Of a DNA stretch of 53,026 nucleotides, positions 22,162-33,159 are shown piece by piece (the stretch's first letter is position 1; each line of letters begins with the position of its first letter). The stretch covers positions 1-53,026 of the forward strand of contig NIVC01003132.1 of the NCBI GenBank assembly GCA_002269645.1, given 5' to 3'. The notes under the pieces are model-generated. The model worked only from the letters and a program-made list of their open reading frames with translations, had not been told where the DNA came from and ran no database searches. The stretch comes from Macrostomum lignano. Taxonomy: Eukaryota. A program made the position numbers and the translations under genes.

Positions 22162-24042
22162 TTATTCCAACGGTACCGTGCGAATAATTTTCTGCTTATC
22201 CGCACGGCACACTGACGAGATAGCTGCCCTATCCTCTACATATGCCGTGCGAATAATTTTCTGCTTATCCGCACGGCACACTGAGGAGATAGCTGCCCTA
22301 TCTTCTACATATGCCGTGCGAATAATTTTCTGCTTATCCGCACGGCACACTGACGAGATAGCTGCCCTATCTTCTACATATGCCGTGCGAATAATTTTCT
22401 GCTTATCCGCACGGCACACTGACGAGATAGCTGCCCTATCTTCTACATATGCCGTGCGAATAATTTTCTGCTTATCCGCACGGCACACTGACGAGATAGC
22501 TGCCCTATCTTCTACATATGCCGTGCGAATAATTTTCTGCTTATCCGCACGGCACACTGACGAGATAGCTGCCCTATCTTCTACATATGCCGTGCGAATA
22601 ATTTTCTGCTTATCCGCACGGCACACTGACGAGATAGCTGCCCTATCTTCTACATATGCCGTGCGAATAATTTTCTGCTTATCCGCACGGCACACTGAGG
22701 AGATAGCTGCCCTATCTTCTACATATGCCGTGCGAATAATTTTCTGCTTATCCGCACGGCACACTGACGAGATAGCTGCCCTATCTTCTACATATGCCGT
22801 GCGAATAATTTTCTGCTTATCCGCACGGCACACTGAGGAGATAGCTGCCCTATCTTCTACATATGCCGTGCGAATAATTTTCTGCTTATCCGCACGGCAC
22901 ACTGACGAGATAGCTGCCCTATCTTCTACATATGCCGTGCGAATAATTTTCTGCTTATCCGCACGGCACACTGACGAGATAGCTGCCCTATCTTCTACAT
23001 ATGCCGTGCGAATAATTTTCTGCTTATCCGCACGGCACACTGACGAGATAGCTGCCCTATCTTCTACATATGCCGTGCGAATAATTTTCTGCTTATCCGC
23101 ACGGCACACTGAGGAGATAGCTGCCCTATCTTCTACATATGCCGTGCGAATAATTTTCTGCTTATCTGCACGGCACACTGACGAGATAGCTGCCCTATCT
23201 TCTACATATGCCGTGCGAATAATTTTCTGCTTATCCGCACGGCACACTGACGAGATAGCTGCCCTATCTTCTACATATGCCGTGCGAATAATTTTCTGCT
23301 TATCCGCACGGCACACTGACGAGATAGCTGCCCTATCTTCTACATATGCCGTGCGAATAATTTTCTGCTTATCCGCACGGCACACTGACGAGATAGCTGC
23401 CCTATCTTCTACATATGCCGTGCGAATAATTTTCTGCTTATCCGCACGGCACACTGACGAGATAGCTGCCCTATCTTCTACATATTCCGTGCGAATAATT
23501 TTCTGCTTATCCGCACGGCACACTGACGAGATAGCTGCCCTATCTTCTACATATGCCGTGCGAATAATTTTCTGCTTATCCGCACGGCACACTGACGAGA
23601 TAGCAACAATTTCGCTTTCGCCATTTCCATCTTCAATGACAACAAGAAAAACGGGCATTCGTAAATTGTTGAGCTTGTATGTCGCATCGATAAAAAGAAC
23701 TTCAGGAAACTGGTTAAACATTGACTTCATAGAGCCATTTTGAAAAGAAATGGCCTCGACGATTTGTTGTTCGCCGGAAGTAGAAGTAAAAATCCGGACA
23801 TCGGCACCCGGTTGACTGGAAAGGAGGTTTATAACCTCCTCTACTTCGCTACTTTCACTCTGAGCTGATTGATTTGACCGCGACTGCAGATTGTGCAGAT
23901 CCTGAAGAATAACTCGTTTGCCTTGTTTTATCAGATGAGCTTGAATAAGCTTTTTGTTGCAGCCAAGCTTTATCATCTGCGTCACTGCCTCTTTTTCTTG
24001 TTCGTCCAGTCGTCGTTGTGGAGGCAAGTTGGCAAATACTTC
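22162..24042 (-). CDS. MULE (ZSWIM3/FAR1-type) transposase exon 3, truncated after the first catalytic Asp region and fused in frame to 23-aa repeats
   Basis: Acceptor tttcatAG (phase 0). FPEVLFIDATYKLNNLRMPVFLVVIEDGNGESEIVA is a typical MULE catalytic-domain start. It continues as (ISSVCRADKQKIIRTAYVEDRAA)n to a stop at 22162. Confidence 0.8.
   Translation of the reverse strand, partial: EVFANLPPQRRLDEQEKEAVTQMIKLGCNKKLIQAHLIKQGKRVILQDLHNLQSRSNQSAQSESSEVEEVINLLSSQPGADVRIFTSTSGEQQIVEAISFQNGSMKSMFNQFPEVLFIDATYKLNNLRMPVFLVVIEDGNGESEIVAISSVCRADKQKIIRTAYVEDRAAISSVCRADKQKIIRTEYVEDRAAISSVCRADKQKIIRTAYVEDRAAISSVCRADKQKIIRTAYVEDRAAISSVCRADKQKIIRTAYVEDRAAISSVCRADKQKIIRTAYVEDRAAISSVCRADKQKIIRTAYVEDRAAISSVCRADKQKIIRTAYVEDRAAISSVCRADKQKIIRTAYVEDRAAISSVCRADKQKIIRTAYVEDRAAISSVCRADKQKIIRTAYVEDRAAISSVCRADKQKIIRTAYVEDRAAISSVCRADKQKIIRTAYVEDRAAISSVCRADKQKIIRTAYVEDRAAISSVCRADKQKIIRTAYVEDRAAISSVCRADKQKIIRTAYVEDRAAISSVCRADKQKIIRTAYVEDRAAISSVCRADKQKIIRTAYVEDRAAISSVCRADKQKIIRTAYVEDRAAISSVCRADKQKIIRTAYVEDRAAISSVCRADKQKIIRTVPLE
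22176..23604. repeat. 69-bp subterminal tandem array, ~20.7 units
   Basis: Unit gaataattttctgcttatccgcacggcacactgacgagatagctgccctatcttctacatatgccgtgc. Confidence 0.97.
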
Positions 24043-24145
24043 CTATGAAATAAAAATGTGGTTAAAATGTTATCCAATTTACTAGAGGCTACTGTATCAG
24101 ATGCACTATACACATATATATGTATGCTCGTTTATGTGTGTCTAT

Positions 24146-24380
24146 TCAGTGGCGTAGCCAGGAATTTCAATTGGGTTGGGGGGGGCGGGTTGGCCTGGTT
24201 GGCCATGCCTTATGCCATTGCCACTTTTGGCGCCGCAGGCACTCATTTTGGCGCCGCAGGTACTCAATTGCCTTCTGGTTTTTGGTATCCGCCGCGCCCA
24301 ATCCCACCCCCAGGCGATTGGGGCCCTAGACGCCCGGATTGCGCAGAAATGGTGGCTAATTGTGACATAGAGTTCAATGT
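24146..24380 (+). mobile_element. Fragment of a MITE-like element starting CAGTGGCGTAGCCAGG
   Basis: Common invertebrate MITE terminus followed by a G-run. No partner TIR found. Confidence 0.35.
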
Positions 24381-24561
24381 TTTGCTAAATGACAAATTGT
24401 ACCAGTGGAGTCAAAAATCAAATCCCCAACCACTAGGCTTCAACACCTTAATTTGGTATTGTTTAAACTGTAAATCATAACATATAAATGAATCCTAACA
24501 TTTCTACTCACTATAGGGTAAACAAAGAAAATTCTATCATCTAAGTAATTACAATACTTAC

Positions 24562-24670
24562 CTTTAGAACTGGATGGTTGTGCTGTAGGTTGGCAGTACG
24601 AACAACTAGGAATTGGCCACAGCTGCTTGCAGACAATCGGATCCTCAAGGGGCATCCTTGGAGTCCTGTG
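24562..24670 (-). CDS. MULE transposase exon 2 ((S)TGLQGCPLRIRLSASSCGQFLVVRTANLQHNHPVLK)
   Basis: Acceptor tttactgtAG (phase 2), donor AAG|GTAAGT (phase 0). GCP...HNH motif of the FAR1/WRKY-GCM1-type DNA-binding domain. Confidence 0.82.
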
Positions 24671-26915
24671 CTACAGTAAATAATAGAACAATTTAGTATT
24701 CGAAAATTATATTTGTACATGTGTACATGGTAACTAAGAAAAATTCCCTAGATGCTAGGGTTTAATTATTACCAAAAAGCATTGAAATTGCTTTTATATA
24801 TTGATATAGTGCCTAAAGTAATAGTTTATTTTATATGCTCAATATGCTCAAAATTATATATATTTATTTAAATGTTGTGATCTGTGAAATATTCTTGTGA
24901 ATTATTATTTTGTTTAAAATTGCAACCAATCTATAGTATTAATAGACGCACTTTGCAGGCTTTAAAGAGACAACCATTTTTTTGCCACCTCTTGGTTTAA
25001 TAAACAAACTTAGTTCATTCTACTAATATTGAAATCGTTACTTGCAGTATTCTAAAGATTTAGTTATTTGCTAAGATTGAAATCATCATATAAAGAGTAG
25101 CAAAAAGCCTGCTAGAAAGTGAGAATCACCTCAAAGAGAGCATAAATCGCCTCACAGCAATAACCTCAGAGAGTATAAGTCGCCTCAGGGCAGGAGAACC
25201 GCTTCATAGTGAGAGAAGATCGCCTCAGGGCAGAGAGAAGTATAGAGATATGACCCTCTAGTCCCGGGAATGCCCAGGACTGAGAGATAGAAGAGCAGAC
25301 AGTGCCAATTAAGACTGGTCAGGCTACAAGTACAGTACATGTACAAATGCTATCAGTAAAAGTAGATAAGTAGGTAGATATGCTACCAAAAATAATAGTA
25401 CATTTAGGCAAAAGTACAATAGGTAAAGTGATATAAGTTAAACATTAAAACAACTTTGGAGACAGCTTAAAGAATAATTAAATAGATTAAGAGCAGATAG
25501 CCTCTCACTATTGAACTTTAGGGACATAAAATACTTCTCATTTTCCAATTTTTCTGAAACTTTTCTGATTGGTAATAGTTAGCCACCCCACTCCTATTAG
25601 ACCCCCTTAGGTTTAGAATTTATCTATCCAATCTTCAATAGACTCCCATGCCTCTATTGAAGTTTAGGTATGTAAAATAAATCCTTATGAAAATTCTCTC
25701 TATCCTAAAGCCCCTATTCCCCATACCCTGGTTGTTAGTAGTTCTTAGCCCCCATGCACCCTACTTCCACCTTGTCACCAAATAGTTGCCTCTCCCCTTA
25801 GCCTTTGAATTTATCTAACTAATCCTCAATAGATCTCCATGCCTTTACTAAATTTTAGGTATATAAAATCATTCCCCATGAGATTCTTCCTATCCTAAAA
25901 CCCTCTATTCCCCATGCCCAAATGGTTGGCCTTAAGGGTATAGGACCAAGACTGCCATACTTAAGAGCTAGGAGAGGAATTTGGCTCAATAAGTTATTGA
26001 ATAGTGCTAGAGAAAAGAGTGGGTAGCACAATAAGCCTGCAAAAGAGGAACCTATGACTAGGTCTATGACTGTCTTGTTACAGTAAAACAAAGTTATTAA
26101 TTTGAAAACATTAAATTATATGAAAAGTACATTAAACTCAAAAAAGAATTATACATTTTATTTTTAAAGTTAAGATTCATTTAAACTTAAACTTTGATTT
26201 AAATATAAGTGGCCTAAAAAATCAAGTGCCAAAAACTTGCACAGTTTATGGTAAAAAAAAACTTGCATAAAAATTGTACAAAATGTCTTGTTCTAAAATT
26301 GTCATATAAAGATTCCATCCTAGTTAATAATAGGTTGCCTAGCCAAGTCAAGTTCTATTATTACTAATGTGACCCTATAAAATAAGTATACTTATGTATA
26401 ATCTAGGCTACAATTAGGGCCATATACCAAGATGGCTACAGTTTATTTAAATATCTAAATAGATAACATAATGTCTATTTCTTTATTATATCTAATCACA
26501 ATTGGTCTTAAAGGTATAGATCTTCAAGTCTTTTAGAGATATAATGTGTGTATAAATAGAATTAGATTAGGGGCTAAACCTATCAATATAAAGTAAAAAA
26601 GATTTCAGTTTTTATATTAAATATCAATAATTAGTTTCAAATCTAATTTTTTTACTAGATTAGTATCATGAATATTATGATTAATTAAATATAATATAAC
26701 AAGTTAATCTGCTATAAGTTGCTAAATAATGGTAAAAAGAATAGATATATTGTGGCCATCTTGGTCTTACACTACTACTAGTGCTAAAAGATTAAAAATA
26801 GACAAAACTACAAAAAATAGCTATGCCTTAGAACTTTATTAGCTGAAGTTAATTTATTTATTTTTGCAATAACAAGACAATAAAATGAATTTTATCAATT
26901 TGAAACTATATTTAC

Positions 26916-27187
26916 CTTTGATTGGGCCTTGAACCTTTTGATTCTGAAACATGTGTGCCACTATTGAAACACACATACACAACTTCATAGTACTTCAGTG
27001 CAGCTTTGAGTTGAGTTTTCGGAACTCTGCACTGAGCACTAGCAATAGTGCGTGATTCTCTAATTTTTAATTGTACGAAACACGACTTTCCAAAGTCACA
27101 AATAGCACTATTTAGAGCTTCAAAGGACTCAAACTGGCGACCAACAAAGAAAAAGTCTGAAGCAGTGGCATTGACATTGCCAGACAT
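26916..27187 (-). CDS. MULE transposase exon 1 (MSGNVNATASDFFFVGRQFESFEALNSAI...LKYYEVVYVC...SKGSRPNQ)
   Basis: ATG at 27187, donor AG|GTAAAT (phase 2) matching exon 2. ZSWIM3-like N-terminal pattern. Confidence 0.75.
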
Positions 27188-27729
27188 TTAAACTTGGCTA
27201 TTCTCAATTATCAAAAATAATAAATCGTTGTTTATTCCTTTGAATAAAATTTAGCCTAATTTTTCTAAATTTTTTATTTTTTGCAATAGAAAAACTTATT
27301 ATAGCTACACTAGACTACGCTTTAGTTAGGCTTAGCAATTGCAAGAATTCTAATGTGTAGCAGTGGCACGAGCAAATAGCGAATATAAGTCAATAAAGTG
27401 AATAAAGTGAATAAAGAGAATAACGCGAATAAAGCAAATTGTTAAAGCAATGCAATAATCGATACAAACAAAATTGCGAATTCACATGAGTAGTAAAATT
27501 CTACGGAAGCGGCAATGGACTATATAAATCACGGCGAGATCAGATTAGACTTTGCTAAAAATTTAAATAATGAACAATTCTTAGAGTTAATTTAATTTTA
27601 ATCATTTGTTACTACACAAAAAAATTCTTTCTTATAGAAAAGTCGTTAAATCTTTATTTCTTCAGAACAAATGTTCAAGCTAAGTTATGTTGTTATACTG
27701 CACTCAAATCGTATGTACTAAACTTCCCA

Positions 27730-27945
27730 CACGGCTTATGTAGAAGATAGGGCAGCTATCTCGTCAGTGTGCCGTGCGGATAAGCAGAAAATTATTCGCA
27801 CGGCATATGTAGAAGATAGGGCAGCTATCTCCTCAGTGTGCCGTGCGGATAAGCAGAAAATTATTCGCACGGCATATGTAGAAGATAGGGCAGCTATCTC
27901 GTCAGTGTGCCGTGCGGATAAGCAGAAAATTATTCGCACGGTACC
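27730..27945. repeat. Inverted copy of the 69-bp subterminal array, ~3 units
   Basis: Reverse complement of the 22176-23604 unit. Confidence 0.95.
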
Positions 27946-29689
27946 GTTGGAATGAGACAGAAATTATTCCTACGGTACCGTGGGGATAAGCACTGCCTTT
28001 CTTTAAATCATTCCTTTTTCAATTTTGAATAATCTTTTTTGGGTAAAATTACCAATGACAAAGACTTGGATAGCCAACAAAGGCGAAAATATGCTTTCCT
28101 ATTAAAGGATTCCTATAAATAAGTCTTATCTATTACTTAATTGACCATTATAAAGGGCGCACTAGATTGCTAATTAGATCCTAGAGTAGAAAGATTTAAA
28201 AAGAGATATGCTTACCATAGTCTAGATTAGATTGCTTATGCCAGTTATTTATAATAGGCTTATAAATTTATATTTAAGATTATTAGCTAGCTAGCATAAA
28301 CTAAATATTTTTAGTAGTATATAATATATGCTTACCATATATAAATTATAAGTATAAAAAATTTATCTTAATTTCATTGAAACTAATTTTGATTTAAAAA
28401 TGGAACAAAAAGATTAATCATACATATATAAATAGCAATAAATCATTCTTTTCATATCAAGGCTAAATTTTAAATGTTTTAATTTGTTACATAATCATTG
28501 CTAGTATAATTTTTGTTCATTTGATAAGTGTGTGATATGTGATAGAAATAAAATCAGTGGAATGTTTTCTAGCATAAGTTTTATACAAGTCTAAGCTACA
28601 ATGGGTAATGTATATTTGGCAAAAATTTGTTTGGTCATCTCTTTAGCTTGGCTCTAACTGTAATTTGAAATATGACTAATTATTTGATGTAAACCCTAAA
28701 AACTTATATTTGTTATAATATGAAGTGTGCCACTAAATATAATGAACACTAAACTAGCCTTATGTATATTCCTACTTTTTTCTATGATATATTATAATTC
28801 AATACCTTTTAATTCAAAGTATACTTGGGAGTTTTTTGTGATGGATTTATTCAAACATTTTTGGCATTGACTGATAGGTATCGTATGGGCTTAGTATACT
28901 AAATCATTAAGGCCTGAAAAAATTAATCAAAATGACCAGAATGCTATATAATACTGTGTAGGCTATTTATTATTTTAATCCCTCTAGGATTAATAAACTC
29001 AAGTTGACTAAACCTATTAAACTTTATCTCCTTGTGACCAATCTATATACTAATTTTGCGCTGTATTCGTGCGTGCGTGCATGCGTGTGTGTAATTGATT
29101 TTTTCGAGAATGGCTCAACCAATTCTCTTCAAACTTGCACCATTCGATCAGAAATTTTCCTGGGATGGTGCATGCATCTTGGCTAAGAAATTGATCGATA
29201 TTAAAGGGATTAAATATTCGAAAAACATGATTTTCTGCAAAGGTCAAGCAGCTCTTTCGACCTGAAATGCATTGTAAGAATGCTAGAGAAAAACCTGACT
29301 GACTGAATTTCAATTCTGATAAAGATTGCATCACAGCAAGTTGAAAACAGTGCCAAAGAAATGCACACACGACTTGATTTGAATTGTGTAACCATATTGC
29401 TAACTTAAATTGACACTGATACTGGCTGACTGAGAAATTGATTATGTCATAACTTTTTACTCTAACCGATTTGCTATAAGAATTGAATTATAAGGGCCAC
29501 AATTCATGTTCTCCAATCGACAAGAGATAGCCTAGATGCAAACAGACTGGACTGCTAATTCGGCGACCTGGGTTCGAATCTTAGTAGTGCAAAAAAATAT
29601 TTTTTTTATTAAAACATCCTAAAAACAAAATGCTAAACATAAAAGAAGCACAATGTCAAACAAAAGTGGCACCATTTCAAACATTAAAG

Positions 29690-30100
29690 AGCCACCATGG
29701 AGAACATTAAAGAGCCACCATGTCGAACATTAAAGAGCCACCATGTCGAACATTAAAGAGCCACCATGTCGAACATTAAAGAGCCACCATGTCGAACATT
29801 AAAGAGCCACCATGTCGAACATTAAAGAGCCACCATGTTAAGCGTATAAGTGACACCATGTCAGACATTAAAGAGCCATCATTGCAGACATTAAAGTGCC
29901 ACCAGGTCAAACATTAAAAAGCCACCATGTCAAACATAAAAGAGCCACCATGTCAAACATTAAAGAGCCACCATGTCGAACATAAAAGAGCCACCATGTC
30001 GAACATTAAAGAGCCATCATTACAGACATTAAGGTGCCACCAGGTCAAACATTAAGAAGCCACCATGTCAAACACAAAACAGCTACCATGTCAAACATAA
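29690..30100. repeat. 23-bp minisatellite (acattaaagagccaccatgtcga), ~17 units
   Basis: Direct periodicity. Confidence 0.93.
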
Positions 30101-30101
30101 A

Positions 30102-31175
30102 TGGGGTGCCTACTATCTTGGAGTGCTTGCTATCTGGAGATGCGTGCTATCTGGGGGTGCTTGCTATCTGGGGGTGCTTGCTATCTAAGGGTGCTTGCTA
30201 TTAGGTGGATGCTTGCTATCTTGGGGTGCTTGCTATTAGGTGGATGCTTGCTATCTGGGGTGCCTGCTATCTGGGGGTGCTTGGTATCTGGAGATGCGTG
30301 CTATCTGGGGGTGCTTGCTATCTGGGGGGGATGCTTGCTATCTTGGGGGTTCTAGCTATCTGGGGGTGCTTGCTATTAGGTGGATGCTTGCTATCTGGGG
30401 TGCCTGCTATCTGGGGGTGCTTGCTATCTGGAGATGCTTGCTATCTGGGGGTGCTTGCTTTCTGGGGGTGCTTGCTATCTGGGGGTGCTTGCTATCTAAG
30501 GGTGCTTGCTATTAGGTGGATGCTTGCTATCTGGGGTGCTTGGTATCTGGAGATGCGTGCTATCTGGGGGTGCTTGCTATCTGGGGGGATGCTTGCTATC
30601 TTTGGGCATGCTTGCTATCTAAGGGTGCTTGCTATTAGGTGTATGCTTGCTATCTGGGGGTGCTTGGTATCTGGAGATGCGTGCTATCTGGGGGTGCTTG
30701 CTATCTGGGGGGATGCTTGCTATCTTGGGGGTTCTAGCTATCTGGGGGTGCTTGCTATTAGGTGGATGCTTGCTATCTGGGGTGCCTGCTATCTGGGGGT
30801 GCTTGCTATCTGGAGATGCTTGCTATCTGGGGGTGCTTGCTTTCTGGGGGTGCTTGCTATCTGGGGGTGCTTGCTATCTAAGGGTGCTTGCTATTAGGTG
30901 GATGCTTGCTATCTGGGGTGCTTGGTATCTGGAGATGCGTGCTATCTGGGGGTGCTTGCTATCTGGGGGGGATGCTTGCTATCTTTGGGCATGCTTGCTA
31001 TCTAAGGGTGCTTGCTATTAGGTGTATGCTTGCTATCTGGGGGTGCTTGGTATCTGGAGATGCGTGCTATCTGGGGGTGCTTGCTATTAGGTGGATGCTT
31101 GCTATCTGGGGTGCCTGCTATCTGGGGTTGCTTGCTATCTGGGGGGTTGCTTGCTATCTGGGGGGTTGCTTGCTG
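30102..31175. repeat. ~16-bp minisatellite (ggggtgcttgctatct) with higher-order duplications
   Basis: Direct periodicity. Confidence 0.95.
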
Positions 31176-31428
31176 TCCCGGGATGTTTTCTTTTTGCATT
31201 GCACTTCATTTGAGCAGTTTTTCTATTGTCTATGTGAAGGCTTTATTTGGCCGTCTTTTTGATACTTGTAGAGAGCCAGAGATTCTATCTAGATGCCTCC
31301 ATCGGGGGGCGAAGATTGCTAGTAATTTACTATGATAATATTTGATCAATGGCCAAGATTTGATTCTTTAAGGTAAAGCTTCAAACTCTCAGCTCAATTG
31401 AAGTGTTCATTTTTACATTGCAGATGCT

Positions 31429-31473
31429 ATGACATCAGGAGAGCGAGATCAAAAACTGGAAAAAGTTATTCAC
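31429..31473 (+). CDS. CROCC: Rootletin first coding exon (MTSGERDQKLEKVIH)
   Basis: Acceptor ttttacattgcAG 5 nt upstream of the ATG, donor CAC|GTGAGT (phase 0). The spliced KLEKVIH-RLEQSVL resembles the human rootletin N-terminus LETVIQTLESSVL. Confidence 0.75.
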
Positions 31474-31789
31474 GTGAGTTATTAGGCTTTTCATGATTAT
31501 ACAATATTTGTTTTATAGGCTATATCGTCATTTTTTATATTTTACTGTAAGTAGTATCGTTTGCAACTTTAATGTATTTTTGTGGAATCATTGATTAGTA
31601 AGGGAAACACGTATGCAGATTTGTGAGCTGCTTCTCTAGTGGATTAAGTAAGCAAATCAGGTTTTATCAGATAAGTTACAACTTGAGTATACTGTTAGCT
31701 GGGTGAGTACTGGTTTTTGGTAGATACCCTGAACTTATTATTCCTAAAGGGTAGGCAGATTGATATGGTAGGTTTTAAAGTAAGGCATT

Positions 31790-32220
31790 GCGAGTTTAGT
31801 AACCTGTAGGATATCTATAGCGAATCCGACAGATTTTAGGGTAGATGAAAAAATCTGGTAGGTTTTAGGGTAGATACAGCGAATCCGGTGGTTTTAGGGT
31901 AGATAAAATGAATCCAGTAGGTTTAGGGTAAATATAGCGAATCGGGTAGGTTTTAGGGTAGATATAGCGAATCGGGTAGGTTTTAGGGTAGATATAGCGA
32001 ATGGGGTAGGTTTTATGGTAGATACAGCGAATCGGGTAGATTTTAGGGTAGATATAGCGAATCCGGTACTTGTAGGTTTTAGGGTGGTTAAAATAAATCC
32101 AGTAGGTTTTATGGTAGATACAGCGAATCGGGTAGGTTTTAGGGTAGATAAAGTGAATCCAGTAGGCTTTCTAGTAGATATTTAGGGATACTTAGGGTAT
32201 ATATAGCGAGTCTGTAGGTT
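31790..32220. repeat. ~30-bp minisatellite (ggtaggttttagggtagatatagcgaatcg)
   Basis: Direct periodicity. Confidence 0.88.
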
Positions 32221-33159
32221 TTAACACACCACAAACCAAGCTGGATATGCTCCATAGCGAGCTTCTCAAGTGAGTAGGCTGTGGCGCTAGAGAACGGTTT
32301 AGATAAATGATCAGTAAGAGCATTGCACTGCAGCCACAGCCGAGCAACTTTGAGCTGCAGTCTTTAAATATTGTGCGATATGAAGCATGAAATTGAATTT
32401 CTAACACTGCCATTCTGAGCGCCTTGTCTGCTGTTAGATGGGCATTCGGTTTCTTGAAGAATGAAGACCTGACGTGCTTTTGCCGGGGCGTTATGCTGTC
32501 AACTATCAGGCCCCAACCCTCTGCTGTAGTTCGAGCTCATATTGTGTTTTTAAGTCTGTGAAGGTTTTGGCTGAGCAGAAGACGACAATTCCATATCTAC
32601 TCGTGTATCGCCATTCTGTCTCTCTGCTGGGTTGCCAAGGGGCTTTGAGCTGAGCTTTAAGCGAGTGAGTTCGTTCGTATTCACTAAGCGCTTGGCACCG
32701 TTGAACGAGCTGAACAGACAGACAGACAGTAGTGTAGGGAGGGACTGACGAGGTTTTTCAAGTTCTTTAACTTCTTTCTTGTTATCCTGTTTTTTGTGTC
32801 TGCCTTGTGCCAGCTGTGAGCTCTCTGCGCGTGTGCGAGAGTGCGGTTGATAATGTGCTACTGCTAGTATGCTGCTCAGGCTGAGCAAACACCGCCCATT
32901 CCCGCTGAGCACGCGCTCGCAGGGTGTACAAAGGGGGCCCTGACTTTCCCATAATCAGACAGTGCACAACCTGCGCCTTGGGGGCTGGCCCTTGTGCAAG
33001 AGTTGTTGGGTCCCGCTCTTCCCCTCTATCCTCTGCTTCCCTTCTCACACTACCCCCTTCCTCTAGCTTTTCCATCTCCGCCTGCCCTTTACCTCTCCCG
33101 CTAAACCCCCTCTTCCTCTACCCACTCTACTCCTCTGTCTCTGTTCCAATACTTTCTCT

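Larger units (their letters stand above)
22026..28091 (-). mobile_element. Foldback-like Mutator (MULE) element, internally deleted, with ~150-bp TIRs plus 69-bp subterminal arrays
   Basis: 22026-22175 is the reverse complement of 27942-28091 with 2 mismatches. The 69-bp units sit inside both TIRs in inverted orientation. Contains a spliced MULE transposase. No clean TSD found. Confidence 0.85.
29042..31322 (+). mobile_element. Non-autonomous Helitron carrying two minisatellites
   Basis: A|TCTATATACTAAT 5' end, then a gtgc/gt microsatellite and ggctcaaccaatt...aaacttgcac. The 3' end has hairpin gcctcc-atcg-gggggc, an 8-nt spacer and CTAG|T. Confidence 0.62.

Noticed and set aside
22178-23743. 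521-aa plus-strand ORF over the 69-bp array
   Set aside because: Antisense to the transposase, and a consequence of a stop-free 69-nt period.
22010-28110. Target-site duplication for the large MULE
   Set aside because: No register gave better than about 6/9 identity between the flanks, so none is claimed.
29690-30100. Repeated perfect Kozak GCCACCATG upstream of rootletin
   Set aside because: It lies inside a Helitron-borne array upstream of the splice acceptor, so it is unlikely to be in mature mRNA, and the frames close quickly.
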